This document shows, one piece after another, positions 7,343-16,483 of a DNA stretch of 64,000 bases. The position numbers and the translations under genes were made by a program. Position 1 is the first letter of the stretch. Every line of letters begins with the position of its first letter. Location: contig AWNW01000013.1 in assembly GCA_000493945.1 (NCBI GenBank), forward strand, positions 2,287 through 66,286. The letters are read 5' to 3'. The DNA is from Candidatus Hydrogenedens terephthalaticus JGI OTU-1. Its GTDB lineage: Bacteria; Hydrogenedentota; Hydrogenedentia; Hydrogenedentales; Hydrogenedentaceae. A model generated the notes under the pieces. The model was not told where the DNA came from. It saw only the letters and a list, made by a program, of their open reading frames with translations, and searched no databases.

Positions 7343-10132
7343 TTAGTTCAGAAGCGGAGCGAAACCATCCTCTGTTCCTTCTTGGAGGATATATCCTTTG
7401 CCAGGTGCATTGTATAATTGGATTAATCGGAGCAATTCAGATAGATCTATCTTCCAATCCTGAATTCTATAATCACATGCATGAGGCATACAACTTCTAT
7501 GCTTACCTTCGCCAGGTCCATACCCATCTTCGGAGGTATCGTCACAGCCATATCCACCGTAATTAAACATCTGGATTACTCTTAACATTTCAGTAAGAGA
7601 TATCGCCCAGTCGCGATTGGAATCAGCGGAGTGTGACCTGTCAGGAGACCAGCCCTTTAACAGAACTGTATCAACAACAGGAGACGATAGTTCTTCACTA
7701 TTAACGGTCCTGTAAAGTACATATCCACTAAGCACTGCCTGTCCATCAGCATCGTTAGGAATCGCTACATTATAAACGACTTTAACTGGGAAAGGTGGAA
7801 TATCCATCCATGCAAATTCTAATGTTCCTGTTGCTCCATTAGAAGGAACAACAACCGCGTTACTTGATTCCACAACAGATTGTAATACCCACCCTGTCGG
7901 GAGTGTTTCTTTCAAGCCTAATGCAGAAACATTTAGACGAATAGGATTTCTAATAGTTAAAATAACTGTCAATGTTTGTCCAGGCCAATATCTGCGATTT
8001 CCTGAAACTGCTCGCTCTAAAATCAAAGATGTAGGTGGCTCATTACCACCGGGTCCAGGTCCACCTGTTTCATTTGATTGTGCATTACATTTTTCAACAA
8101 TGGCTTGCAATTCTTCCAGAGTAATTACACCATTGTTATCAAGATCGAGCATACTTACAATACGAGACAACCATGTTTGGTCTATTGGCATCATATAAAC
8201 AGAAGCAATAGATGTAATTATCTCATTAATATCAATCACACCATCTTTATTCTGGTCTATAGTATTGAACATCTGAATCGCATAAGGAGCCAGAGCACAC
8301 GGATTCCAGATGTCCGGGAATATTATAATTTCTCCCTCTGGAGAAGGTTCTCCCTCTGGAGGCTCTCCGGAACAAGTATTCAATATAACTTTTAATTCAT
8401 CTTTGATAATTTTTCCATCTGCATTCAAGTCTAATAAGATAAATATCTCTCTTATGATGCTCGGGTCAATAGGGAATGGTGGTGGATAAATCATAGTGGT
8501 GTTGCCTCCCAATATCACCGGGATAGAAAGCACCTCTTCCAAAGTAATACCACCATCTTTATTGGTATCTAACATATCGAAGTATTGCAAAACTAACGGC
8601 GCAATAATACATGGGTCTGTGGGAAGTGGAACTTCACCTTCCCAGGACGGGTCGCCTTCAATAGTAATCTCACAGTTTGCTAATATAGTTTGGATTTCTT
8701 CCTGAGTTACGGCTCCATCCGCATCAATATCAAACATCATTAAAATCTCGTTCACGGTGTCCTCATTAATAGGAACGGGAATTTCTATAGGCAAAATTAT
8801 CTCGTAATTTAGGTCATCTGCACTTAACTTTCCATCTTGATTACGATCAAGGAAGTTAAAGTAGTCTAATAATATTGGACCTATCAGACAAGGATCATCT
8901 GGAATGGGTATTTCGCCTTCAAATGGCAATTCGCCTTCCCAATCAATAGGCGGGAATGTTAATAAATATTCTAAATCGTTGCAATCAATTACATCATTAC
9001 CATTAAAGTCAACCATGGCGAATTGTTCTGCAGTTACATACTCCGATACTTCTTCATAGGCTATTAAACCGTCCTTATTTGTATCTATCAAAGTCAATAG
9101 ATTATCTGGGTCTATTCCTAACTGTGGACCCAGAATTCGTAACAAAATATCTAACTCACTTATATCCACACCTCCATCTCTGTTGGAGTCAATGAGTAGG
9201 AAAACTAAATCCAAATTGAGATTATACTGCGATAGTAAATTGTCAATATCGGCATAAATTGCCCGAACTTCATCTTTACTTAGTTTTCCATTACCGTCTG
9301 AATCTACCAATGGAAGTAGTATTTCTAAAAGCAATGTTGCAGGTATTGCAGGAAGTGGACACATTTCATCTTCGCCTTCGCCACCGCAAATAACTTTCCA
9401 TGCTTTTAGTTCTTCTTTTGTAACTCTACCATTTCCATCTAAATCAAACGCGTCAAATAAAACATCAAAATCAACAATGGGCGGATAAATCAAAATAATA
9501 GGGAAATTTAACTCATCTCTTGTAAGAACACCATCTTGATTCTGGTCGAGATTTGCAAATTCTTCTAAAGCCATATCTACCCAATCGCATGGGTCTGTGA
9601 CAGGAATCGGAGGCTCACCTTCTATAATGATTTCCCCTTCTTCACCAGGGTCGCCTTCAACACCTGGCTCACCTTCTATTGGTGGCAATTCACCAATATC
9701 ACCACAGTCTATAACACCATTTTTGTTTCTATCCAGCAATTGAAATTGTTGTTGACTTACATATCCAGATACCTCTTGAAATTCAATCAGTTGATTTCCA
9801 TTGGTATCTACTATGGATAAAAGCCCACCGGGCAAATATAGTTGCAGCAAAGCAAGGATAGGCTGAAACTCTACACGGTCAATCTTTCCATCTTTATTTG
9901 TATCTAACATATTAAAATACTGATCGGGGACTGTATAAATTGCAGACAATTCTGTCTTTGATAATCCTCCATCCTTATTCGTGTCAAACATGGGCCATAA
10001 CAAATCCAACAATGCGTTATTGTCGGATGGCAAGGGACATGGTTCCACTGCCCTACCTATACATGGGGTAAATACTATTGTCATAGTTAATAGTATCACC
10101 CACAATATACTTTTTTGAGTTGTTCTAATCAT
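7343..10132 (-). CDS. Large secreted protein made of repeated EF-hand (Ca-binding, dockerin-like) modules
   Basis: A signal peptide is present. There are more than 12 DxNxDGxI/L-type loops, for example DTNKDGGLS, DRNKNGVID, DQNQDGVLT, DLDGNGRVT and DSDGNGKLS. Acidic EGE/EGD linkers separate the modules. An AGGAG RBS lies upstream of the ATG. Confidence 0.7.
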   Translation of the reverse strand: MIRTTQKSILWVILLTMTIVFTPCIGRAVEPCPLPSDNNALLDLLWPMFDTNKDGGLSKTELSAIYTVPDQYFNMLDTNKDGKIDRVEFQPILALLQLYLPGGLLSIVDTNGNQLIEFQEVSGYVSQQQFQLLDRNKNGVIDCGDIGELPPIEGEPGVEGDPGEEGEIIIEGEPPIPVTDPCDWVDMALEEFANLDQNQDGVLTRDELNFPIILIYPPIVDFDVLFDAFDLDGNGRVTKEELKAWKVICGGEGEDEMCPLPAIPATLLLEILLPLVDSDGNGKLSKDEVRAIYADIDNLLSQYNLNLDLVFLLIDSNRDGGVDISELDILLRILGPQLGIDPDNLLTLIDTNKDGLIAYEEVSEYVTAEQFAMVDFNGNDVIDCNDLEYLLTFPPIDWEGELPFEGEIPIPDDPCLIGPILLDYFNFLDRNQDGKLSADDLNYEIILPIEIPVPINEDTVNEILMMFDIDADGAVTQEEIQTILANCEITIEGDPSWEGEVPLPTDPCIIAPLVLQYFDMLDTNKDGGITLEEVLSIPVILGGNTTMIYPPPFPIDPSIIREIFILLDLNADGKIIKDELKVILNTCSGEPPEGEPSPEGEIIIFPDIWNPCALAPYAIQMFNTIDQNKDGVIDINEIITSIASVYMMPIDQTWLSRIVSMLDLDNNGVITLEELQAIVEKCNAQSNETGGPGPGGNEPPTSLILERAVSGNRRYWPGQTLTVILTIRNPIRLNVSALGLKETLPTGWVLQSVVESSNAVVVPSNGATGTLEFAWMDIPPFPVKVVYNVAIPNDADGQAVLSGYVLYRTVNSEELSSPVVDTVLLKGWSPDRSHSADSNRDWAISLTEMLRVIQMFNYGGYGCDDTSEDGYGPGEGKHRSCMPHACDYRIQDWKIDLSELLRLIQLYNAPGKGYILQEGTEDGFAPLLN

Positions 10133-10207
10133 ATTTCGTTCTCCTTATGATTTATTATCTTTTTTTAATTATTTCCTGATTTTAGACTAAAAAATTATCA
10201 AAATATT

Positions 10208-10714
10208 TTAAATATTGGGAGGAGATTTTGCACTGATATGATAAGCGAGATATTTTTCCCCATAAAGTTTCATAGAAGCAATATTTTCAATACCCTCTCT
10301 TTTTTGTGCAAATCTTTTTGATAAATCAGCAAGTTTTTTGTTTTCATATATTGAAGTGAAATTAGCAAATGAATTATATGTCCATGTCTTTTTAAATTGC
10401 TGCTGATTATAATTTGTTTTAGGAATATTACTAAATATTTCTGTTCTTAATTTTACAGTTGTTTGTTTCTTCCCCATATTTTTCATGAGAATTTGCAAAT
10501 CCTGTACATCAATCTTCCCGTCATTGTTTATATCTGGAAGAACATCTATATTATTTGAAACAATGGCTGATACTAACTGCTGGACATCACACACATCAAT
10601 AATTCCATCTTTATTTATATCCATATTCTTTTGATATAAAGGACAAAAACCCCCTATCATTACCCCGGTAACTAATAATAAAGATAGACAATTTTTTAAT
10701 ACACTCTTTTTCAT
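10208..10714 (-). CDS. Small secreted dockerin/EF-hand-repeat protein
   Basis: The internal ATG at 10714 (MKKSVLKNCLSLLLV...) gives a signal peptide. Paired loops DINKDGIIDVCDVQQL and DINNDGKIDVQDLQIL resemble a type I dockerin pair. It lies 75 nt upstream of, and co-directional with, the 929-aa EF-hand protein gene. Confidence 0.6.
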   Translation of the reverse strand: MKKSVLKNCLSLLLVTGVMIGGFCPLYQKNMDINKDGIIDVCDVQQLVSAIVSNNIDVLPDINNDGKIDVQDLQILMKNMGKKQTTVKLRTEIFSNIPKTNYNQQQFKKTWTYNSFANFTSIYENKKLADLSKRFAQKREGIENIASMKLYGEKYLAYHISAKSPPNI

Positions 10715-10858
10715 AATATTCCTATATACAATATTACCATACTTGTTTAAAAAAGTCAAGTTTTTGGATAAAAAAATTATGAAATTAAAATTTAAAACAT
10801 TTATAATTTTATATCTTTTTTTACACAAACAATTTAAACTTAAAAGAAAGGTGGACAC

Positions 10859-11440
10859 ATGTCATTCTGGACTTTTGTAGGAGAAATTTTTAGAGCCAAT
10901 AAAACGACAGGAGCGTTAGCACCCAGTAGTCCTGCATTGGCTGATTGTATAACAGACTTAGCACCATTAAAAGATGCAAAAGTAATTGTTGAGTTTGGTC
11001 CCGGAACAGGAGTTTTTACTGAATATATTCAAAAGAAAAAACAACCCGATGCCTATTTTCTTGCAATGGAAATTAATCCCGTATTTGCAAAGGCTACCAA
11101 GGAAAGATGTCCGGATGTTCATGTTATTCAGGATTCCGCTGAAAATACATTAAAATACTTAAAAGAGGCTGGATACGATTCCTGTGATGTAATTATATCT
11201 GGTTTACCATGGACAAGATTTGAAGACGAATTGCAGGATAAATTATTAAACGCTACATACGAATGTCTACGGGATAAAGGGAAATTTTTGACTTTCGCTT
11301 ATTTCTTTAGTCCATGGGTTCCTTCTGGAAAAAAATTTTTAAAACATAAACTTCCTCAAAAATTCAATAATAAATATTCCCGTTCTCCCATCATATTTAA
11401 AAATTTTCCACCATGTCATGTTTATATCTGTGAAAAATAA
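10859..11440 (+). CDS. Class I SAM-dependent methyltransferase (PmtA/rRNA-adenine-MTase-like, COG3963-like)
   Basis: GALAPSSPALA lead-in and motif I VEFGPGTG. Confidence 0.65.
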   Translation: MSFWTFVGEIFRANKTTGALAPSSPALADCITDLAPLKDAKVIVEFGPGTGVFTEYIQKKKQPDAYFLAMEINPVFAKATKERCPDVHVIQDSAENTLKYLKEAGYDSCDVIISGLPWTRFEDELQDKLLNATYECLRDKGKFLTFAYFFSPWVPSGKKFLKHKLPQKFNNKYSRSPIIFKNFPPCHVYICEK

Positions 11441-11461
11441 CAAATAAAGAAAGTTAAAGAC

Positions 11462-12571
11462 ATGGGACAAAAATTTGAACCCATAAACTGTGCCATTATT
11501 GGCTGTGGAAATATTTCAGAAATATATATCGAAAATATTTTGCGATTTAGTAATTTAAATTTAGTTGCCTGTGCCGACATTATAAAAGAAAAAGCCGAAG
11601 AAAAAGGAAGAAAATACAATATTGAAGTAAGTGATGTTGAAAACATTCTCCAATCTAACGATGTTCAACTAATCGTTAATCTAACTAACCCATTATCCCA
11701 TTTTGATGTTTCTATACAATCATTAAAACACGGTAAACATGTATATAGTGAAAAACCTCTCGCTCTTACATTTGAGCAAGCCTGTTTACTTTTAGAAACA
11801 GCAAAAAAAAATCACTTGTTCATTGGTTGTGCTCCTGACACCTTTTTAGGGGGAAGTTGGCAAACAGCAAGAAAAATTGTTGATGATAATTGGATAGGAA
11901 AACCTCTTTCTTCATTCGCTTTTATGCTTTGTAGAGGGCATGAATCCTGGCACCCTTCACCGGAATTCTACTATCAAAAAGGTGGCGGTCCTTTATTTGA
12001 TATGGGACCTTATTATTTAACTTCACTTATATTTTTATTAGGACCAGTAAAATCCGTTTTCGCCTCAGGAAAGACAAATTTTAACACACGAACAATCACA
12101 AGCCAGCCTAAATATGGTCAAAAAATACATGTGGAAGTTCCCACAGATATTCATGCAATATTATCTTTTGCGAATGGTGTTATCTGCACACTTATAATGA
12201 GTTTTGATACTTGGTCTCATCATCTACCATTTATAGAAATACATGGTGAAACAGGCTCGCTATCCCTTCCCGACCCAAACCAATTTGGCGGAAAAATATT
12301 CTTTTATAATCAATTCAAAAAAGAATGGTCAGAATTCCCAACTTGTTTTGATTACTTCACAAATATGAGGGGATTAGGCATAAGTGATATGGCTCATGCT
12401 ATACAAACAAATTCTCCCTATTGTGCCACAGGTGAATTAGCGTTGCATATTGTGGAGATCATGGAAGGGATACATAAATCCATTGAAGAAAAACAAATTA
12501 TTTCATTGAAGACATCTGTTTCCCGCCCTAATTTATTATCATTTGAACCATTAAATTATATGCCACAATAG
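11462..12571 (+). CDS. Gfo/Idh/MocA family oxidoreductase
   Basis: N-terminal Rossmann segment AIIGCGNIS and the EKPLA motif. Confidence 0.8.
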   Translation: MGQKFEPINCAIIGCGNISEIYIENILRFSNLNLVACADIIKEKAEEKGRKYNIEVSDVENILQSNDVQLIVNLTNPLSHFDVSIQSLKHGKHVYSEKPLALTFEQACLLLETAKKNHLFIGCAPDTFLGGSWQTARKIVDDNWIGKPLSSFAFMLCRGHESWHPSPEFYYQKGGGPLFDMGPYYLTSLIFLLGPVKSVFASGKTNFNTRTITSQPKYGQKIHVEVPTDIHAILSFANGVICTLIMSFDTWSHHLPFIEIHGETGSLSLPDPNQFGGKIFFYNQFKKEWSEFPTCFDYFTNMRGLGISDMAHAIQTNSPYCATGELALHIVEIMEGIHKSIEEKQIISLKTSVSRPNLLSFEPLNYMPQ

Positions 12572-12709
12572 CAGGTATTGAAAACTTTTTCCCTGTATAT
12601 TTACATCTACTTATCACATACTACTACGAATCACTTTAAAAATACTGTTGAAATATATTATTATAAGAAAAATATTACAAACTATGTATAATTGTTGGGA
12701 TAATAACAA

Positions 12710-13363
12710 ATGGCTTATAAAGAACATGTAAAAATATTGGAAGCGGGCGTTCAAGTATGGAATCAATGGAGAGCATCAGACCCGGCTATTTCCCCCGATT
12801 TAAGTGGATTACATTTTACAAAGAGAAATCTTTCGGGGATGAATTTTAGAATGTGTGATTTGCGACAGTGCATTTTTAATGAAACAGATTTACGACAAGC
12901 CAATTTTCAGAAAGCATATTTACATTCCGCATCCTTTATAAAATCCGACATAAGAGATACTAATTTTTCTCAAGCAGATTTAACATTGGTAAAGTTTGTA
13001 GATACCATATTAGATGGCTGTATTTTTTCAAATGCGGTTCTTAATGAAGTAGATTTTTCTAATCGTATACTGAAACAATTTGATTTTTCTGGAGCAAATT
13101 TATACAGGGCTATATTTAAAAGTTGCGACTTAACAAAAAGTAGTTTTAAGCAAGCCTATTTAGGGGAAGCAGACTTCTTTATGGCAAATCTCTCACAAGT
13201 GGATTTAAGAGGTGCCAATCTAAGTGGTGCAAACTTATCTAATGCTTTCTTAAAAGATGCTCTACTTGAAGGTGCAATCATAACAAATGCCAATTTTAAT
13301 GGTGCCTTTTTATCTCCCCGCCAAAAACTTTCTATCTGGTTTCCTATATTTCCCATCAAATAA
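12710..13363 (+). CDS. Pentapeptide-repeat protein
   Basis: Long runs of A(D/N)LxX pentads, for example ANLSGANLSNAFLKDALLEGA. Confidence 0.85.
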   Translation: MAYKEHVKILEAGVQVWNQWRASDPAISPDLSGLHFTKRNLSGMNFRMCDLRQCIFNETDLRQANFQKAYLHSASFIKSDIRDTNFSQADLTLVKFVDTILDGCIFSNAVLNEVDFSNRILKQFDFSGANLYRAIFKSCDLTKSSFKQAYLGEADFFMANLSQVDLRGANLSGANLSNAFLKDALLEGAIITNANFNGAFLSPRQKLSIWFPIFPIK

Positions 13364-13457
13364 AGTTCGCTTTTCCTTTTCGCTCTCTGAAACTATTTAC
13401 ATATTTTCTTTGTCTTACTAACCAGAGTTTTTAATTTTTTTTAATAAAGGAGAGCGT

Positions 13458-15638
13458 ATGATTAGACCCTTTTTCTACTTAACATCCTTATTTGTTCTTG
13501 CGTTTTTCATTTCATTAACAGGCTGTGAAAAAATTGAAAAATCATCTCCCCCATCACTTGAACAATTAATACCTCCCGAAGGGAAATATGATGTTACTAT
13601 ATACCGTGATGAATGGGGTGTTCCACACATATATGGGAAAAGAGATATTGATGTTGCATACGGATTGGCTTATGCCCAATGCGAAGATGACTTTAAGACC
13701 GTTCAGGAGGGGCAGATTTTAATTCGTGGAAAAAACGGGATAATTAATGGATTTAATGGATTTGTTTTTGACTATATGTTGGAATTTTTAAATGTATGGG
13801 ATATTGTAAACAAACAATATGAAACAGATTTATCCCCCGAAGTAAAAGATATATGTGAGGCTTATGCAGAAGGAGTTAATCATTATGCAGGGCTTCATCC
13901 GGAGAAAGTAACCTGTTGGGATGTATTTCCAGCCACAGGTAAGGACATTGTAGCAGGATTTGTATTAAAGGCACCCCTCTTTTTTGGATTAAATCGTTAT
14001 ATTGAGCCTCTTTTCAAATCCCGCAAAAAACCTCAAATTGAACGCCCTAAAATGTTAGGGAAAAATGATGAGACAATGATTATCAAAGAGATATTTGAAA
14101 ATCTCCCATTGGGTTCTAATACATTTGCAGTAAGTCCCAAACGGACTGCAGATGGTTCTACCTTTTTAGATATAAACTCTCACCAACCTTGGACAGGTCC
14201 TGTAGCATGGTATGAAGCCCGTCTTAAGAGTGAAGAAGGATGGAATATTACAGGAGGAGTTTTTCCCGGAGCCCCTGTAATTCTTCATGGACATAATCAA
14301 TATTTAGGCTGGGCACATACAGTTAATATGCCAGACCTTGTAGATGTTTACGAATTAACCATCAATCCGAATAACCCTGCACAGTATCGTTTTGATGGAC
14401 AGTGGAAAAATTTTGAAAGGAAAGTCGTTTATTTCCCGGTAAAAGTTTTTAACAAATATATAATTAAAATTCCGAGAGAAATACTTTTCTGTGAATATGG
14501 ACCTGCTATCCGTCGTCCTCACGGAGTATATGCACTTCGTTATGCTGGATATAAAAATATTAAACAGGTGGAACAATGGTATCGAATGGACAAAGCAACA
14601 AATATTCAAGAATTTGAAGAAGCACTAAAAATACAAGGAGTACCTTCTTTCAATATCGGTTATGCGGATTATCAAGGAAATATCTGGTATATATATAATG
14701 CCCTCTTGCCTATTCGTTCTGAAAAATATGACTGGAAAGGTTATTTGCCAGGAGATACATCTGAAACCCTCTGGACAGAATATTTACCATTTGAAAAATT
14801 ACCTCAAGTAAAGAATCCTAAATCAGGTTTTATCCAGAATTGTAATTCAACTCCATATCAGACAACAATTGGTGATGACAATCCTAACCCTAATGATTTC
14901 TCTAAAACATTTGGAATTGAGCCTGTAGACCACATGACAAATCGGGCTTTACGATTATTAGAACTTTTAGGGGAAGATGATTCCATAACAAAAGAAGAAT
15001 TTTATGAATACAAATTTGATTGGACATATTCTAAAAACTCAATAGCCCAAAAATATGTTTTAAAACTACTAAATGAATTTCAGCCTGAAAATGATATTGA
15101 GAAACAAGCATTAGAACTCTTAAAAAATTGGGACTTAAAAGCAGACCCCGATAATTTATCCGCAGGTATTGCTATATTGGCATTTGAACCTATAGTTCGA
15201 GCAGAAATGTTTAATCGTCCTGTCCCGGATTTATTTAAGACATTTAAAGAAAAAGTTCGTTTACTTCATTCAATACACGGCAAGATTGATGTTCCGTGGA
15301 AGGAGATCAATCGTCTCGTTCGGGGTAAAGTTAACCTCGGTTTGGGAGGTGGTCCCGATTTACTTTATTGTGTATATGGAGAATGGACAGGTAAATACCT
15401 TGAAGGGCGAGCAGGTGATTCGTATGTTTTACTTGTAATATGGGATAAAGATGGCAAAGTTCATTCTCAAGCATTACATCAGTTTGGAAGTGCCACACAG
15501 GATGAAAATTCACCTCACTATGCAGACCAGGCGTATCTTTTTGTAGAACGAAAAATGAGACCTGTTCATTGGGAATTTGAAGATTTGAAAGGAAACATTA
15601 CGAAAGAATATAAACCCGGCAAAGAAAATAAAAATTAA
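13458..15638 (+). CDS. Penicillin/acyl-homoserine-lactone acylase family (Ntn hydrolase) lipoprotein
   Basis: The lipobox is LTGC. An N-terminal WGVPHIYG motif is present. The GSNTFAV segment fits the nucleophile Ser at the beta-chain start. The length is 726 aa. Confidence 0.8.
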   Translation: MIRPFFYLTSLFVLAFFISLTGCEKIEKSSPPSLEQLIPPEGKYDVTIYRDEWGVPHIYGKRDIDVAYGLAYAQCEDDFKTVQEGQILIRGKNGIINGFNGFVFDYMLEFLNVWDIVNKQYETDLSPEVKDICEAYAEGVNHYAGLHPEKVTCWDVFPATGKDIVAGFVLKAPLFFGLNRYIEPLFKSRKKPQIERPKMLGKNDETMIIKEIFENLPLGSNTFAVSPKRTADGSTFLDINSHQPWTGPVAWYEARLKSEEGWNITGGVFPGAPVILHGHNQYLGWAHTVNMPDLVDVYELTINPNNPAQYRFDGQWKNFERKVVYFPVKVFNKYIIKIPREILFCEYGPAIRRPHGVYALRYAGYKNIKQVEQWYRMDKATNIQEFEEALKIQGVPSFNIGYADYQGNIWYIYNALLPIRSEKYDWKGYLPGDTSETLWTEYLPFEKLPQVKNPKSGFIQNCNSTPYQTTIGDDNPNPNDFSKTFGIEPVDHMTNRALRLLELLGEDDSITKEEFYEYKFDWTYSKNSIAQKYVLKLLNEFQPENDIEKQALELLKNWDLKADPDNLSAGIAILAFEPIVRAEMFNRPVPDLFKTFKEKVRLLHSIHGKIDVPWKEINRLVRGKVNLGLGGGPDLLYCVYGEWTGKYLEGRAGDSYVLLVIWDKDGKVHSQALHQFGSATQDENSPHYADQAYLFVERKMRPVHWEFEDLKGNITKEYKPGKENKN

Positions 15639-15661
15639 TATTTATATACACATTTATAAAC

Positions 15662-15700
15662 AAATATGCTCACTTCTTTCGTGAAGTGAGCATATTTTTT
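15662..15700 (+). terminator. Intrinsic terminator
   Basis: A 15-bp perfect stem, aaatatgctcacttc with gaagtgagcatattt, has a 6-nt loop and is followed by a T-run ending at 15700. Confidence 0.7.
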
Positions 15701-15729
15701 ATAATCGTTCTATATAAACTCTTTTCGAG

Positions 15730-16014
15730 TTATTGTCTGTAACGATTACGATTTCTGCGCGGTGCAAATTCCTCCTTCGGTCTGGCTTCGTTAACTTTAA
15801 GTTCTCTTCCACCTAAACTAGTACCGTTGAGTGCTTCGATTGCTGATTTTGCCTCATTGTCATCAGGCATTTCTACAAACGCAAAGCCACGAGACCTACG
15901 CGTATTACGGTCAGAAATGATTCGCGCAGAGTCCACTTTGCCGTATCTTCCGAACATTTCTTCTAATTGCTGTTCGGTGGATGAATACGGCAGATTTCCT
16001 ACAAAAATATTCAC
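15730..16014 (-). CDS. RRM-type RNA-binding protein (RNP-1/RNP-2)
   Basis: RNP-2 is NIFVGNL and RNP-1 is RGFAFVEM, with an Arg-rich tail. The GTG at 16014 is preceded by AGGAG 8 nt upstream and gives the canonical MNIFVGNL start. It is preferred over the ATG at 16074. Confidence 0.85.
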   Translation of the reverse strand: MNIFVGNLPYSSTEQQLEEMFGRYGKVDSARIISDRNTRRSRGFAFVEMPDDNEAKSAIEALNGTSLGGRELKVNEARPKEEFAPRRNRNRYRQ

Positions 16015-16163
16015 TTGTGCATCTCCTAAAACATACACATTCTGTCGCAGAAGTTTATCAGCCTGTACTCTCAAAACCTACTATCATATAGCGCTCTGCC
16101 TTGTTCAGGCGGGGAACCACTGAGTCACAGGATTTTTAGTACATCCCTAACCAATAAACACCC

Positions 16164-16192
16164 TTGACATATTCAATTACAAGGCATACTAT
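16164..16192 (+). promoter_or_regulatory. Sigma70-like promoter candidate for the cysK-metY-metXW operon
   Basis: TTGACA (16164-16169), a 17-nt spacer, then TACTAT (16187-16192). Confidence 0.35.
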
Positions 16193-16216
16193 ATCATATA
16201 GCAAACACAATTGCAA
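16188..16216 (-). promoter_or_regulatory. Sigma70-like promoter candidate for the RRM-protein gene
   Basis: On the minus strand: TTGCAA (16216-16211), a 17-nt spacer, then TATAGT (16193-16188). Its -10 box overlaps the plus-strand -10 box. Confidence 0.3.
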
Positions 16217-16483
16217 ATTTTTATTTTTTGGAAATATATATTATTTTAAATTTGTTTTATAAATTAAAATATGTTAAACTAAAAAATATTTTTTATGAAA
16301 ACAACTAACACAGGTACAAAAACTAAAAAAATGAAACATAAGTATTTCGTAAAATTTGATGTTTTCGTTTTTTCCCACCGATGTACCCCCTTCATGTGTT
16401 AGTATTCCTCTCTCCTATTTTTTTCTTCTTTAATTAATTCAGCAATTCAACTACAAACCAATAAATTTCAGGAGGATTTTAAG

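Noticed and set aside
10715-10858. A 48-codon N-terminal extension of the dockerin-like ORF (ORF track start at 10858)
   Set aside because: The extension is AT-rich and low-complexity, and it abuts the divergent gene's start codon at 10859. The internal ATG at 10714 yields a proper signal peptide.
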